A DNA stretch of 64,000 nt from Spirochaetia bacterium (GCA_017446885.1 JAFSOR010000027.1:38954-102953), one strand, 5' to 3'; positions 28,242 to 39,183 are shown, counted from the stretch's first letter. Made by a program: numbers and translations. The notes: a model not told the origin generated them from the sequence alone.

Positions 28242-31200
28242 TACATAATAGGGATAAAGAAGAGTGTTATAAGAGTTGCGCTCAAAAGACCGCCCAGCAC
28301 TGTAAGTGCTATAGGCTGTGTCATGTTCGGCCCCTCCTTGGTGGAGAAAGCCATAGGCATCATGGCAAATATAGTGGTGGTGCTGGTCATAAGGATAGGC
28401 CTGATTCTGGCTGCAGCAGCCTCTACGCAGGCATCGTATACGCTCATTCCTTTGGCACGCAGCTGGTTGGTGTAGTCCACCAGTACAATACCGTTGTTTA
28501 CTACAATACCGGTAAGCATTACCACTCCTATGGCACTGAAAAGGCTCAAGGACTGCCCTGTTATGTAGTAGATACCTGCAACACCTATTACAAGGAGCGG
28601 AATTGTGAACATATTTATGAACGGGTTCTTGAACGATTCGTACTGCCCTGCCATTACCGAGAAGATAAGGATTATGGCCATGCTCAGGATTATGATTACA
28701 TACTTTCCTTTCTCCTGCGCATTTACCCAGTCGCCGTCGAATGTGTAGGTTACATCGTCGGGGAACACCATGTTCTCATCCATAAGCACCTTGATATTGT
28801 TCTGCACCTCGTTCATCTTGGCTGTGGCCGAACACTCCACGCTTATGGTGGCCAGACGCCGCTTGTTGTCGCGGCTTATGGTCATAGGACCTACACCTTT
28901 CTTTAGGGATGCCACGTTGGAAAGATATATTTTCTTGCCGGAACTTGAGATAAGGAATATCTTGTTCAGGTCTGGTATCTGCTTGCGGTCTGATTCCTGG
29001 AAGCGGAGTATGACATCATATTCGTTTCCCGATTCCCGGTAGGTGGTTGCATTGGTTCCTTCGATCGCGTTTCTGACTTCCTGCGCAATCTCGGTTACAG
29101 AAAGGCCAAAGTCATATGCCCTCTGTCTGTCTATTACAACCTCGACCTGCGGCAGTCCGTCGGTAAGGTCAAGCACTGTGTTTGTCACAGAATCGGCCAT
29201 GTTCAGCCTGATAAGATCCATTATCTCGTCGGCTGCTGCACGGACATTGTTTATATTCTCGTAGGCCAGCTGAACCTTGATAGTAGGTGTGGATGAGAAT
29301 CCGCCCCGGCGTGTGCTGAAGTTAAGCTTTGCCTGAGGATAAAGGTTAAAGAATTTGCGTAGCTTGTTCTGGACCTGCTCCAGTGTCTCGGAGCGCTCGC
29401 TGGCACTCAGAAGCTCTATGGAGATTTCGCCGGAATAGGATGCTGTGCCGGAACCAGATGTTGTGATTATATACTTGTACTCCTTGACTTCCTGTTTCAC
29501 TTCCTCCTCAAGGGCCAGCATGAACTTTTCGGTCTCCTCAAGCTTGGTTCCAGGAGCCAGTGTGGCAGATATAGTTACGTTGTTGCTTGTCATTCCAGGC
29601 ATGTAGATTATACGGGTCTGGGAAAGCATATACAGACCGCCGCAGAAAGCTGCGATTATAAGCAGAATCACCAGGTAGCGGAACTTGATTGCAAAACGGA
29701 CTGAATGCCTGTAGCCATTTCTGAAACGCTCCACAAAAGGAACTTTGGCTTTCTTGCCTTCCACCTCTTTTACTGCTTTGCGCTTAGTACGCACAGGGAA
29801 GTATTTGGTGGCCAGCACAGGGACCAGGAATATAGCGACAAACAGGCTTATGCTGACAGCTATTATTATGGTGAAGATTACGTCGGTAAGAATCTGCCCC
29901 ACCATCTCAAGCTGGTTCTTGTAGAAGATGAACGGCAGGAATACAACTACTGTGGTCATAGTGGATGCCGTGATCGATGCAATCATCTCGTGGGCACCCT
30001 CTATCACAGCCTCTTTACCTGTCTCGCCCTTGTCAAGATGCTGATACACATTCTCAAGCACTACTATGGAAGCATCCAGAATCATACCAAGCCCCAGGAT
30101 AAGGCCTGTCATGGACATCATATTAAGGGTAAAGCCGCACAGGTACATGGCAAATACTGTTATAAGAACTGCCACCGGCAGCGATATGCTGATTATTATT
30201 GTACTCCGGATACTGCGCAGGAACACAAAAAGGACACAGATTACAAGCCCAAGCCCCTGGAGCATGGTAGTCCTGAGCTCGGAAAGGGTATCGCGGATCT
30301 CGGTGCTGTCGTCCCTTATTATGATAAGGCTTATATCCTCGGGCAGGTAATCCTTAAGCTCCTCGATTTTCTTATAAAGACCGTCAGCCACCTGCACAAC
30401 ATTGGCACCAGTTGCCCTCTGGATAGAGACATAGACACCAGGCACACCGTTTACCGATGCAATCGAGGTCTTATCCTTGTGCCCCATGAAAACCTGCCCC
30501 AGGTCGTAAAGATGGACCGGATTCCCGCCCTTGACCGCAACTACAGTCTCGGCTATCTCCTCTACATTCTTGAACTCGCCTGTGGTGCGGACCAGATACT
30601 CCCTGGTGCTGCCCTCTATGTCACCGCCGCCCAGCTCCATATTCTGCTTGCTTAAGGCGCTTTTGATACTTGCTATTGTTATACCGTAGGCATCAAGCCT
30701 GTTCTGCTCAAGCTCTACCTGCACCGCCTGGACCTGGCCACCGTATGTGTTTACATCGCCTACTCCCTCAACCTGCGAAAGCCGGTCCTCTATACGGTTT
30801 TCTGCAATATAGCGGAGCTCGCCAAGGTCTCGGTCGCCCCGCACCGCAAGGCGCATTATAGGCATGGAGGCCGAATTGAATATACGTATAAGCGGGGTGT
30901 CGGCATCGTCGGGCAGGCTGCGTTTTACACGGTCCAGCTTGTCCCGGATATCGTTGGTGGCTGTATCAAGGTTGGTTCCGAAATCGAATTCCAGCATAAC
31001 ACGGCTTCTTCCCTCGGAAGACTGCGATGTAAGCTCCTTTACACCGGTCACGCTGGTAAGGGCCTCTTCTATAGGCTTGGTTATACTTTTCTCCACCGAC
31101 TCGGGCGCTGCACCTGAATAGGTTGTTATGACCGTGATCATAGGGTATTCAATCTCGGGCATCATCTCCACAGGCAGGTCCGAGTAGAAGAACAGCCCCA

Positions 31201-31270
31201 GGCCGGTGAGCACTACAAAGATTATGGTAAAAAGTACAGGTCGGTTTACAACCAGGCGGGAGACACTCAT
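28199..31270 (-). CDS. RND efflux permease (AcrB/HAE1-like)
   Basis: 1023 aa, 12-TM RND architecture. Operon with MFP and TolC genes. Confidence 0.95.
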   Translation of the reverse strand: MSVSRLVVNRPVLFTIIFVVLTGLGLFFYSDLPVEMMPEIEYPMITVITTYSGAAPESVEKSITKPIEEALTSVTGVKELTSQSSEGRSRVMLEFDFGTNLDTATNDIRDKLDRVKRSLPDDADTPLIRIFNSASMPIMRLAVRGDRDLGELRYIAENRIEDRLSQVEGVGDVNTYGGQVQAVQVELEQNRLDAYGITIASIKSALSKQNMELGGGDIEGSTREYLVRTTGEFKNVEEIAETVVAVKGGNPVHLYDLGQVFMGHKDKTSIASVNGVPGVYVSIQRATGANVVQVADGLYKKIEELKDYLPEDISLIIIRDDSTEIRDTLSELRTTMLQGLGLVICVLFVFLRSIRSTIIISISLPVAVLITVFAMYLCGFTLNMMSMTGLILGLGMILDASIVVLENVYQHLDKGETGKEAVIEGAHEMIASITASTMTTVVVFLPFIFYKNQLEMVGQILTDVIFTIIIAVSISLFVAIFLVPVLATKYFPVRTKRKAVKEVEGKKAKVPFVERFRNGYRHSVRFAIKFRYLVILLIIAAFCGGLYMLSQTRIIYMPGMTSNNVTISATLAPGTKLEETEKFMLALEEEVKQEVKEYKYIITTSGSGTASYSGEISIELLSASERSETLEQVQNKLRKFFNLYPQAKLNFSTRRGGFSSTPTIKVQLAYENINNVRAAADEIMDLIRLNMADSVTNTVLDLTDGLPQVEVVIDRQRAYDFGLSVTEIAQEVRNAIEGTNATTYRESGNEYDVILRFQESDRKQIPDLNKIFLISSSGKKIYLSNVASLKKGVGPMTISRDNKRRLATISVECSATAKMNEVQNNIKVLMDENMVFPDDVTYTFDGDWVNAQEKGKYVIIILSMAIILIFSVMAGQYESFKNPFINMFTIPLLVIGVAGIYYITGQSLSLFSAIGVVMLTGIVVNNGIVLVDYTNQLRAKGMSVYDACVEAAAARIRPILMTSTTTIFAMMPMAFSTKEGPNMTQPIALTVLGGLLSATLITLFFIPIMYYIFNKRADKKKQR

Positions 31271-31277
31271 ATTATTT

Positions 31278-32192
31278 TTATTTCTCCACCCTGTTCACCC
31301 TGGAACCGTCCACCAGGACATCCATTCCTTCAACCACAATTGTATCTCCTACAGAAAGCCCTTCGGAAATAATAGTAAAATTGTCTATAGTCAAAAGTTT
31401 CTTAACTGGCAGGCGGCGTGCAATATCCTTGCCCTCGGGATTCTGCATAATCACAAACACATAATCCTCTCCTGCCCTGGTAACAACAGCATCGTCGGGC
31501 ACCACAATGTTGCCTTCATAGAGTGTGGTGTACAGTTTTACCTTGGGGAACATACCTATGTTGATACGGGAATCCTTCTGGTCCAGTGTAAGCTCTATCT
31601 GCTTGCTGCGGGAGGCAGGGTCAACCACAGGGGAAATCCATGTTATATGGGCCTTGAACGGAGTATCGGGATATGCAGGGAAAAATATGTCTGCAGCAAG
31701 GTTTTTCTTAAGCTCGCCCACGTTCCGCTCCGGGATATTGGCGTGGATAATCAGGTTGTCGATGTCGCCAACTGTAACTATGCCAGTACCTGTTGTCACT
31801 GTTGTCCCTGTGCGCGATATAACTTCGGTGACTATGCCTGATATTGTCGATTTGACCGGGTTTGTCACATAGTTGTAGCCAGGCTTGGATGGATCCACTG
31901 TTGCAATCACCTGCCCCTTCTGAACCCTGTCGCCGACCTCCACCTTAAGGGAGATAAGCTTGCCGCCTATCTCGGGGTAGATTGCTATATTTGTCTTTAC
32001 ATCAACTTCGCCATTTATCTCTATGCTGTCCTGAAGCGAGGCCACCGATGCAGGCTGTGTCACCACCGCATACACCCGCTCCCTGGAAACTGGCGCGGCA
32101 GCTTCTTCCTTCTTTTTACACGAGGCAGTTGTCAGTATAATCCCGACAGAAAGAATTGTAAGAATAAAGATAAATCTCTTTGACATAGTCAC
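31278..32192 (-). CDS. RND efflux periplasmic adaptor (MFP), lipoprotein
   Basis: 304 aa. Lipobox LTTASCKK, with lipoyl/beta-barrel adaptor character. Confidence 0.9.
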   Translation of the reverse strand: MTMSKRFIFILTILSVGIILTTASCKKKEEAAAPVSRERVYAVVTQPASVASLQDSIEINGEVDVKTNIAIYPEIGGKLISLKVEVGDRVQKGQVIATVDPSKPGYNYVTNPVKSTISGIVTEVISRTGTTVTTGTGIVTVGDIDNLIIHANIPERNVGELKKNLAADIFFPAYPDTPFKAHITWISPVVDPASRSKQIELTLDQKDSRINIGMFPKVKLYTTLYEGNIVVPDDAVVTRAGEDYVFVIMQNPEGKDIARRLPVKKLLTIDNFTIISEGLSVGDTIVVEGMDVLVDGSRVNRVEK

Positions 32193-33472
32193 CTGCCTAA
32201 TGTTCCGAAAGTCAGATTAAGTGTATATTCAAGCTGAAGGATTGAGCAGTATATATCGTACTTGCGCTGAAGTATATCCATCTCGGCTGTGCGGACAGTG
32301 TACTGCGCATCGCTAACATCCAGCATATCCTTGGTTCCAAAATTATATGCATCTTCTGTCAGGGCCAGAGTCTTATCTGCAACCTCTTTTGTCATCTCCA
32401 GGGTCTTTACGCTCTCCTGCTGCTGCTGTATCTGGCGGATAATGTTCCATACGCGGCTTGTGCTGTCCTCTTCCTCTTCTGCAATCTGCAGGCGGAGTTT
32501 TTCGGCATTGTCTTCAAGCTGCTTTATCTTAAGGTTTCCAGATGAGTTGGGGATAAGGTTGTCAAGATGCCAGCGCAGTGTGGCGCTTAAAGTTCCCCGG
32601 TCCACATAATCGTCGCCGTAGGAAAGGTCGCTCCAGGTGGGGTTTATGTTCCAGCCCAGGGTAAGTTCTGGCATAAGGGAAGACCCCCTCAGCTCCTTAC
32701 GGCTGCTCTCTGCCACATTAAGGCTTGCCTTCAGCTTCCTTAGTTCCGGGGTCTCGTATTCGTCGGGTATTGAAGAAATATCAAATTTGTCGGGTACTGC
32801 ACTTGCGATATCGCCCTGAAGCACCACCTCTTCATCGGCAGGAATGCCTAAAGTTATCTTAAGCTGATCCATCTTATGCTGATACTGTGTGGAAAGTGAG
32901 TCGTAGGTAGGCACCAGCTTGCTCCAGGCAAGGAACGAATTGAGTACATCAAGCTCCGGGGCCAGGCCGCCCTTGTACCGCTCCTGGGTCTGCTCGTACC
33001 GCTTCTTGTTGGTCTCCAGGTTGTCCTGCACCAGCTCCATGTTCTTCTGGTATATGATAAGCTCGTAGAAGGCCTGGCGTACAGTCACCTCCAGGTTCCG
33101 CTGCGCAACCTCGTAGTCTATGTTTCCGGCAGCATATTCTTCCTTAATACGGTTCATCTTATGGGGAATGTCGGTTCCAAGTGTCAGCGATATGGCGCCG
33201 TTCAAGTTGCCGCCCCAGGTTGCATCAGGCGAATGGGGCAGAATCTCGTTGCCACGGCTTACTCCGGCCGAAGCAGTTATTTCCGGCAGGAACACATTCC
33301 AGCGGTTTTTTGCACTCCGCTCTTTATCCATAAAAGTTATCTGCTGCTGCTTAAGGCCGCGGTTGTTCTCCAAAGCCATTTGAGCTGCGCTGTCGGCAGT
33401 AAGCACTGTCTGTCCGAAACAGGAAAAGAGGACCAATGTCAAGAGCAAAAGGAGACAAACCGATTTTTTCAC
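32189..33472 (-). CDS. TolC-family outer membrane efflux protein
   Basis: 427 aa. Signal peptide and two repeated OEP helical halves. ATGA-type overlap with the MFP gene. Confidence 0.85.
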   Translation of the reverse strand: MKKSVCLLLLLTLVLFSCFGQTVLTADSAAQMALENNRGLKQQQITFMDKERSAKNRWNVFLPEITASAGVSRGNEILPHSPDATWGGNLNGAISLTLGTDIPHKMNRIKEEYAAGNIDYEVAQRNLEVTVRQAFYELIIYQKNMELVQDNLETNKKRYEQTQERYKGGLAPELDVLNSFLAWSKLVPTYDSLSTQYQHKMDQLKITLGIPADEEVVLQGDIASAVPDKFDISSIPDEYETPELRKLKASLNVAESSRKELRGSSLMPELTLGWNINPTWSDLSYGDDYVDRGTLSATLRWHLDNLIPNSSGNLKIKQLEDNAEKLRLQIAEEEEDSTSRVWNIIRQIQQQQESVKTLEMTKEVADKTLALTEDAYNFGTKDMLDVSDAQYTVRTAEMDILQRKYDIYCSILQLEYTLNLTFGTLGR

Positions 33473-33604
33473 AAGTCTACTATACTACAAAACTGGGCAC
33501 CGTGCTATAAATTTATTATTAAAAAGCGATAATTTTTTGTTATAAACTTGGAATAGTGTTGGTTTTTGAAAAAAGTTAGGATAGAATTGAATCGGGAGGA
33601 GCAG

Positions 33605-34306
33605 ATGAAAGCTTCGGTTGTTATCATAGAAGATATAAAAGAGATGTCCGACCTTATCCAGCTTTATCTTAAGCGCGAGGGTATGGACACTGCCGCCTTT
33701 GACAATGCAGAGGATGCGCTGGAATATCTTAAGACCACAACTCCTGACCTTATACTGCTGGACATAAACCTCCCAGGCATGGACGGCTTTGAGTTCCTTA
33801 ACATCTACCACAAGCAGTCCGACTGCCCTGTGCTTATAGTCTCGGCCCGGGATTCGGACGAAGATATAATTATGGCACTTGGATATGGCGCAGATGAATT
33901 TGTGACCAAACCCTTCTCTCCAAAGGTGCTTATGGCACGGATCCGGGCTCTGCTGCGGAGGAATCAGAGCGGCTATGCAGGCGCCTCAAAAAGCTTGATA
34001 CAGTTCGGCCCATACACATTGAACACAGAATCCTGCCTGCTCAAGAAAGGCGACGAGCGAATCCATCTTTCTGCAAAGGAATATGATATTCTGCAGTATC
34101 TTATAAGCACAAAGGGGAAAACCAGCACCCCCGAGGAAATCTACCGCAAGGTATGGGGAAGCGAGTTCGGCGACCTTACAGCGGTGGCAGTCTATGTGCA
34201 GCGCCTTAGGAAAAAGCTTGAGTCAGATCCTGCATCACCACACTTTATCGAGACTGTGCATGGCATGGGGTATCGGTTTATGTATGATGAGGATTCTAAG
34301 AAATGA
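33605..34306 (+). CDS. OmpR-family response regulator
   Basis: Start at the internal Met after a GGGAGGAG SD. REC domain (DLILLDINLPGMDG) plus a winged-helix output domain (VHGMGYRF). Confidence 0.9.
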   Translation: MKASVVIIEDIKEMSDLIQLYLKREGMDTAAFDNAEDALEYLKTTTPDLILLDINLPGMDGFEFLNIYHKQSDCPVLIVSARDSDEDIIMALGYGADEFVTKPFSPKVLMARIRALLRRNQSGYAGASKSLIQFGPYTLNTESCLLKKGDERIHLSAKEYDILQYLISTKGKTSTPEEIYRKVWGSEFGDLTAVAVYVQRLRKKLESDPASPHFIETVHGMGYRFMYDEDSKK

Positions 34307-35661
34307 AGATAAAGACCCAGATTCTGCTGCTCCTTGCAGGGCTTATAATTATTCCGATAGTACTCCTTACATCCTACTGGCTAATGTTCCACCAAAGGCA
34401 GGTCTTAAGCGACAATGTCCCCACCTATGAAGAGATATTCAGCGAACGTCCCCAGGTAACTACAGAGGAAGACTGGGAGCGGATACGAAGCTTTATCGCC
34501 CGCCGCAGTCCAGCCATGGATGTCACAGTATTTGACAGAGCCTCCATGGAAGTGCTGTACTCCACCATGGATCAGTTTAAAAGAGGCCAGGTTATGGACG
34601 AGGATGACCTTATGGAATATGCCCTTGAAAATTCCGACCGGTACTTTTTTCAGATGACTGCACCACCCCACCTTAAGAACAGTTCGCTGATTACTTTCAT
34701 AAGGTCGCAGAAAACCATGCATCCCCCCCATTCAAGGCTTGAGCATTACGTCAACACCGTGACTATCATTTCTACCATCATACTTTTATTCTGTATTGTC
34801 ATCATAACTACAATAACCAGGTCTATCGCCAAGTCGGTAACTGTCCTTAAGAATGCGGCAGAGCGTGTCACCATGGGCGAGTTTGACACGCCGATTGAAG
34901 TACATGGCAGCAACGAGATTATCTCCCTGACCAAGTCGCTTAACGAGCTTAGGCTGGCAGTAAAGGAGAACCGTGACAGACAGGCGCGGTTTATCATGGG
35001 AGTCTCCCACGACCTTAAGACACCGTTAGCACTTATCAGGGGCTATGTGGAGGCCCTGTATGATGAGATTCCATCAAATCCCGAGGAAAGACAGAAATAT
35101 GCCCAGATTATCCTGAAAAAAGCTGATGACCTTGAGGTACTGATAAACGACCTTATCGATGTTATCAAGGTGGAGACAGGAGAATGGCGCTCAACCTGGA
35201 AAGATGTGAACCTGCTTTCATTTATAAATGAGGTGGCAAAGCGGGGCGATGAGGCTGCCCTTATCCTGAAGCGTAAGTTTATTGCAGATATCTCCTTGCC
35301 CGAAGATGCTGTGGTGCAGATGGACGAGCGGCTTATGAGCCGGTGCTTCGAAAACCTTTTCAGCAACGCTATCAGGTATTCCCATGACGACGGAACTATA
35401 AAGCTCAGGGCATTCCAGTCTTATTCGGGGGTCAAGAGCTGCTTTATTGTGCAGATAGCAGACAATGGCATTGGCATTGCCCAGGAAGAGCTTAAGAATA
35501 TATTTGACCTGTTCTACCGGGGCACCTCGTCGCGGCGCGAGAAAGGAAGCGGCCTGGGCCTTGCCATAGTAAACAGCATAGTACGGTCTCATAACTGGGA
35601 GATAGGGGTAGAATCAGAGGCAGGGAAAGGGACAGTATTCACCATCACAATCCCTGCTTGA
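34303..35661 (+). CDS. sensor histidine kinase (2 TM, HAMP, HisKA, HATPase_c)
   Basis: 452 aa. H-box GVSHDLKTPL, N-box, G-boxes DNGIGI and GSGLGLAIV. ATGA overlap with the response regulator gene. Confidence 0.9.
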   Translation: MKIKTQILLLLAGLIIIPIVLLTSYWLMFHQRQVLSDNVPTYEEIFSERPQVTTEEDWERIRSFIARRSPAMDVTVFDRASMEVLYSTMDQFKRGQVMDEDDLMEYALENSDRYFFQMTAPPHLKNSSLITFIRSQKTMHPPHSRLEHYVNTVTIISTIILLFCIVIITTITRSIAKSVTVLKNAAERVTMGEFDTPIEVHGSNEIISLTKSLNELRLAVKENRDRQARFIMGVSHDLKTPLALIRGYVEALYDEIPSNPEERQKYAQIILKKADDLEVLINDLIDVIKVETGEWRSTWKDVNLLSFINEVAKRGDEAALILKRKFIADISLPEDAVVQMDERLMSRCFENLFSNAIRYSHDDGTIKLRAFQSYSGVKSCFIVQIADNGIGIAQEELKNIFDLFYRGTSSRREKGSGLGLAIVNSIVRSHNWEIGVESEAGKGTVFTITIPA

Positions 35662-35664
35662 TAT

Positions 35665-37266
35665 TTATTTATACCATTTAAGAAGAGGAAGCACTTTCTC
35701 CTTGCCGCAGGTCTTGATGAAGCCTGCAAGACGGGGCCCTTTCTCCTTGCCTATAAGCACGTTGTAGAACACTTTGAACATATCTTTGGAATCCATACCA
35801 GCTTTCTCGGCTACTGTATACAGAGCCTCGGCCAGAGACTTCTCATCATACTGTTCCAGGTTCTCAACAACAGAAACTGACTGCTGAAGGACTGCAATCT
35901 CCCTGTCATCCTGAGGAAAATACATATCCTCACCTGGCTTCTTAAGGGCAAACCGGAAGTCCTCCGGAGCAAATGTGGTTATCCATCTCCATGCGCACTC
36001 TGCTCTGTTCCGGAGTCTTGGCACCTGGCTCTCGTCCTTGATGTCGCAAAGCTTGAGCACCTCCTCTATATTGCCGTCGTGGATCTGCAGCAGGTTGCAC
36101 AGATGGCGGAGAGGAATCTGATATGGCATAACAGCTGGTACATCGCCCACCTGTGAAAGCTCATAGATGCGCTTCTCTTTCTCGGCCTTCTTGTCGTTAA
36201 CCTTCTCCACACCGAAGTAGATGCGCTCGCACTTGTCATAATCCTCATAGATCTTGAGGACATCCAGATCAAAGGAGATTGCGAACTCGGTGTTGGGCCG
36301 TGTGCTTGCAAACATGTAGCGGACAATCTCGGGCTGATATATTTCGAGCACATCGCGCAGGCTTATGACCTCGCCGCTTGAGGATGAGATCTTGCCGCCC
36401 CGTCCCTTGATGCTTAAAAAGTCGTACTGGAATGTGACAGGAGGCTCGTGGTTGTACACCTTGCGGGCTATTCCCTTGGCTGTGCTGAATGAGCCACCCT
36501 CTGAGTGATGGTCTTTTCCTGCAGGCTCAAAGTCTACCCCCTCGACACCCCACCGCATTGGCCAGTCGATACGCCATGGCAGCTTTGCAATGGATGTGGT
36601 GCGCAGGTCCACAGTCTCCTCGCAGCCGCAGGAATCGCATTTATATGTAACGCCCCACTCACCGTCCCAGCTTAAGACTGTAGTGGTGTCCTTGTGGCAT
36701 TTGCCGCAGAACATGGAGATAGGCATCCAGTCGTCAGGCAGCGGTGCGGTGCGGAACTCGTCCAGGATAGCCTTGATCACAGCCTTGTTTTCAAGGGCTT
36801 TGCGCATACCCTCGGCATAGCGGGAAGCCTGATAGTTGGAAGCCTGGTACAGATACTCAGGGTAAACACCTACCTGGGGCAGCAGGCTCTCAAGCTCCAC
36901 CTCGTGGGCCCTGGCATAGCTGGATTCTTTTCCCCATGGGTCTGGAACCATAGTGATAGGGAAACGGAGATATTTTGCCAGCTCCTCCTGGTTCGGCATA
37001 TTCTTAGGAACCTTGCGGAACACATCGTAGTCGTCCCAAGAGTAGATAAAGCGCACATCGGCACCCTTCTGCTGCAGTGCCCGGACCACAAGCTCAACCG
37101 AGATTATCTCCCGGAAGTTTCCTATGTGGACAGTGCCCGACGGAGTTATGCCCGATGCACATACATATTTAGTCTTCTTGTCATTAAGGAATTGCTTTCT
37201 TTCTCTTATAATCTTGTCTGCAGTTATATCTGCCCAGTGGACAGACTGAATGTTCTCTTTTTCCAT
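35665..37266 (-). CDS. lysK: class I lysine--tRNA ligase
   Basis: 533 aa. HIGN (HIGH-like) motif in TPSGTVHIGNFRE, and a Zn-type CGKC...CDSCG insert. This is the class I LysRS architecture found in archaea and spirochaetes. Confidence 0.9.
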   Translation of the reverse strand: MEKENIQSVHWADITADKIIRERKQFLNDKKTKYVCASGITPSGTVHIGNFREIISVELVVRALQQKGADVRFIYSWDDYDVFRKVPKNMPNQEELAKYLRFPITMVPDPWGKESSYARAHEVELESLLPQVGVYPEYLYQASNYQASRYAEGMRKALENKAVIKAILDEFRTAPLPDDWMPISMFCGKCHKDTTTVLSWDGEWGVTYKCDSCGCEETVDLRTTSIAKLPWRIDWPMRWGVEGVDFEPAGKDHHSEGGSFSTAKGIARKVYNHEPPVTFQYDFLSIKGRGGKISSSSGEVISLRDVLEIYQPEIVRYMFASTRPNTEFAISFDLDVLKIYEDYDKCERIYFGVEKVNDKKAEKEKRIYELSQVGDVPAVMPYQIPLRHLCNLLQIHDGNIEEVLKLCDIKDESQVPRLRNRAECAWRWITTFAPEDFRFALKKPGEDMYFPQDDREIAVLQQSVSVVENLEQYDEKSLAEALYTVAEKAGMDSKDMFKVFYNVLIGKEKGPRLAGFIKTCGKEKVLPLLKWYK

Positions 37267-37355
37267 AACAGACAGTATATATAAAAAAGTGTTATTTATT
37301 CAATAATCATTGCAGGACAGATAACAATTAGATATTATCAGATTGCGAGGTAGAT

Positions 37356-37754
37356 ATGAAAATTGACAACGTTTCCCAGAAAGTAGTTGACCTGATGACT
37401 GCCGATAAATTTGTGGATTACTGCGGCATAAAGCTGGACGAGATAGGACCGGGCTATGCAAAGACATCGGTGGAGATCCAGCCACACCACCTGAACGGCG
37501 CGGGAATAATACAGGGGGGCGTGCTCTTCACACTGGCCGACTATGCCCTGGCATCGGCCGCCAACTCCCGGGAAAAGCTTTCTGTGTCTATCGAGACCTC
37601 CATGTCCTTCATAAAAGGGGTATCCACCGGCAAGGTGTCTGCCACCGCCCGGGAGGTGACCTGCGGCCGGACATTGACCCGCTACGATGTCCCTGTGACC
37701 ACCGAGGACGGCACCCTGATTGCACTTCTGCACGGCACTGTGTACAGGAAATAA
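37356..37754 (+). CDS. PaaI-family hotdog-fold thioesterase
   Basis: 132 aa. NGAGIIQGGVLFTLADYALA motif. Confidence 0.8.
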   Translation: MKIDNVSQKVVDLMTADKFVDYCGIKLDEIGPGYAKTSVEIQPHHLNGAGIIQGGVLFTLADYALASAANSREKLSVSIETSMSFIKGVSTGKVSATAREVTCGRTLTRYDVPVTTEDGTLIALLHGTVYRK

Positions 37755-37761
37755 GATACTG

Positions 37762-39054
37762 TTAACAGTCTAAACTGTTCTCATCCAGCAAAAAATCTAT
37801 AAGTCCGATACGTGAAATACCATTATCATCTATCCAGCTCTTGCCATAGGATTTTGATATTACAATTTTTTTAAAAGAATCTTTTATTTTTGTTAACGGT
37901 CTCAATTCGGTTTCGGACTTCTTGGCATCATCCATTGACAGTGATGATTGTATATAGTATTTTCTGATACCTTTTCTGGCAATGAAATCAATTTCGCAGT
38001 TATTCTGTGTCCTCTTTCCGTTATCATCTATTTCCCGCAGCGGAACAACCCCAACATCCACCAAGTATCCTCTGGTTATCAATTCATTGTAAATCATGTT
38101 TTCCATTATATGTGACTCTTCCTGCTGCCGTAACCCTAGACGTACATTCCGAAGGCCGATATCTGTGCAATAATATTTTGATGGATATTCAAAATACTTT
38201 TTGCCTTTAATATCATATCTGACAGCTTCGCTGAACAAAAAACTTTCTGTCAAATAGTTTAAATACTTACTGACAGTCTCAGAATCGATATTCACATTCT
38301 TAGTGCTTTTTATAGTTCTAGCAATTTTGCTGGCATTTGTAAGTGAACCTACCGCAGAACAAAGTACGCTTACCAAATCATGAAGAACACCTGGTAACGA
38401 TATATTATACCGTTCCTCTATATCCTTGAAATAAATCTCATCAAAAAGGTTTGCAAGATAATCATATTTAGCGGTATCCGAGTTAATACTCAATAAATGA
38501 GGCATTCCTCCGAACATAGAATATTCATTATAGGCATCAAGCTTATCTTTTTTACTGGCATTATAATATTCGCTGAAAGATAAAGGATAAACCTGAATCA
38601 CATCACCTCTGCCACGGAACTCTGTAGAGATATCTTTAGAGAGCATCTTGGAGTTGCTTCCTGTCACATACACATCCACATTCTTCAAATGAAGCAATCC
38701 ATTCAAAACGCTGTATAACCTTACAGGTTCATCTTTATTCATAAGTTCTTTCTTAGATATAGCATATTGTATCTCATCAAGAAGAATATAGTATTTAGCC
38801 CTAGGATCAGTTATCTTTTCTCTTAAATATTCTGAAAGCTTATTGGGGTCTCTATACAGAGCATTAAGATCAGAATCCAAGGCGACCGATATGATTTGAT
38901 ATGGCGCAACCCCTGATTCAATAAGATAATTCTGAAAAAGATCAAGCAAAAGAGTACTTTTTCCGCACCGTCGAATACCAGTAATAACTTTAATCTGACC
39001 GTTCCAGCCCCTATCTATCAGTGCTTTCAGGTATTTATCACGAGATACTATCAT
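37762..39054 (-). CDS. AAA+ ATPase of the COG1373 type (AAA_14 plus DUF4143)
   Basis: Start is likely at MIVSRDKYLKALI. Walker A GIRRCGKST, Walker B ILLDEIQ, and a C-terminal EIDFIA nuclease-like motif. Confidence 0.8.
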   Translation of the reverse strand: MIVSRDKYLKALIDRGWNGQIKVITGIRRCGKSTLLLDLFQNYLIESGVAPYQIISVALDSDLNALYRDPNKLSEYLREKITDPRAKYYILLDEIQYAISKKELMNKDEPVRLYSVLNGLLHLKNVDVYVTGSNSKMLSKDISTEFRGRGDVIQVYPLSFSEYYNASKKDKLDAYNEYSMFGGMPHLLSINSDTAKYDYLANLFDEIYFKDIEERYNISLPGVLHDLVSVLCSAVGSLTNASKIARTIKSTKNVNIDSETVSKYLNYLTESFLFSEAVRYDIKGKKYFEYPSKYYCTDIGLRNVRLGLRQQEESHIMENMIYNELITRGYLVDVGVVPLREIDDNGKRTQNNCEIDFIARKGIRKYYIQSSLSMDDAKKSETELRPLTKIKDSFKKIVISKSYGKSWIDDNGISRIGLIDFLLDENSLDC

Positions 39055-39151
39055 TTTGCCTCTCTTATCGGAAGTTACTGCCAAATACCATTAACTTCCG
39101 AGATAAATATATCAAATCGGCCGATAAAAATCAATACTCTATCACATATAA

Positions 39152-39183
39152 TAAAAAACCCCGGCTACAGGCACAACCGGGGG
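39152..39183 (-). terminator. Rho-independent terminator after the 96-aa gene
   Basis: Minus strand: CCCCGG-ttgtgcctgtag-CCGGGG followed by T6. Confidence 0.6.

Noticed and set aside
29705-30655. 316-aa plus-strand ORF. Similar long antisense ORFs: 27294-28031, 61611-62612, 12694-13554, 6745-7464, 15196-15873, 52322-52978, 59606-60202, 36694-37284, 50289-50810.
   Set aside because: All lie antisense inside strongly supported conserved genes (RND permease, rlmKL, lnt, trmD, pepP, ffh, glnN, rho, lysK, EamA). They have biased shadow-frame composition.
39085-39150. Search for a fourth copy of the island palindrome upstream of the DUF4143 ATPase
   Set aside because: No match to ACTCTG..CAGAGT was found. 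The 96-aa gene also ends in its own terminator, so the ATPase is not demonstrably part of the palindrome regulon.
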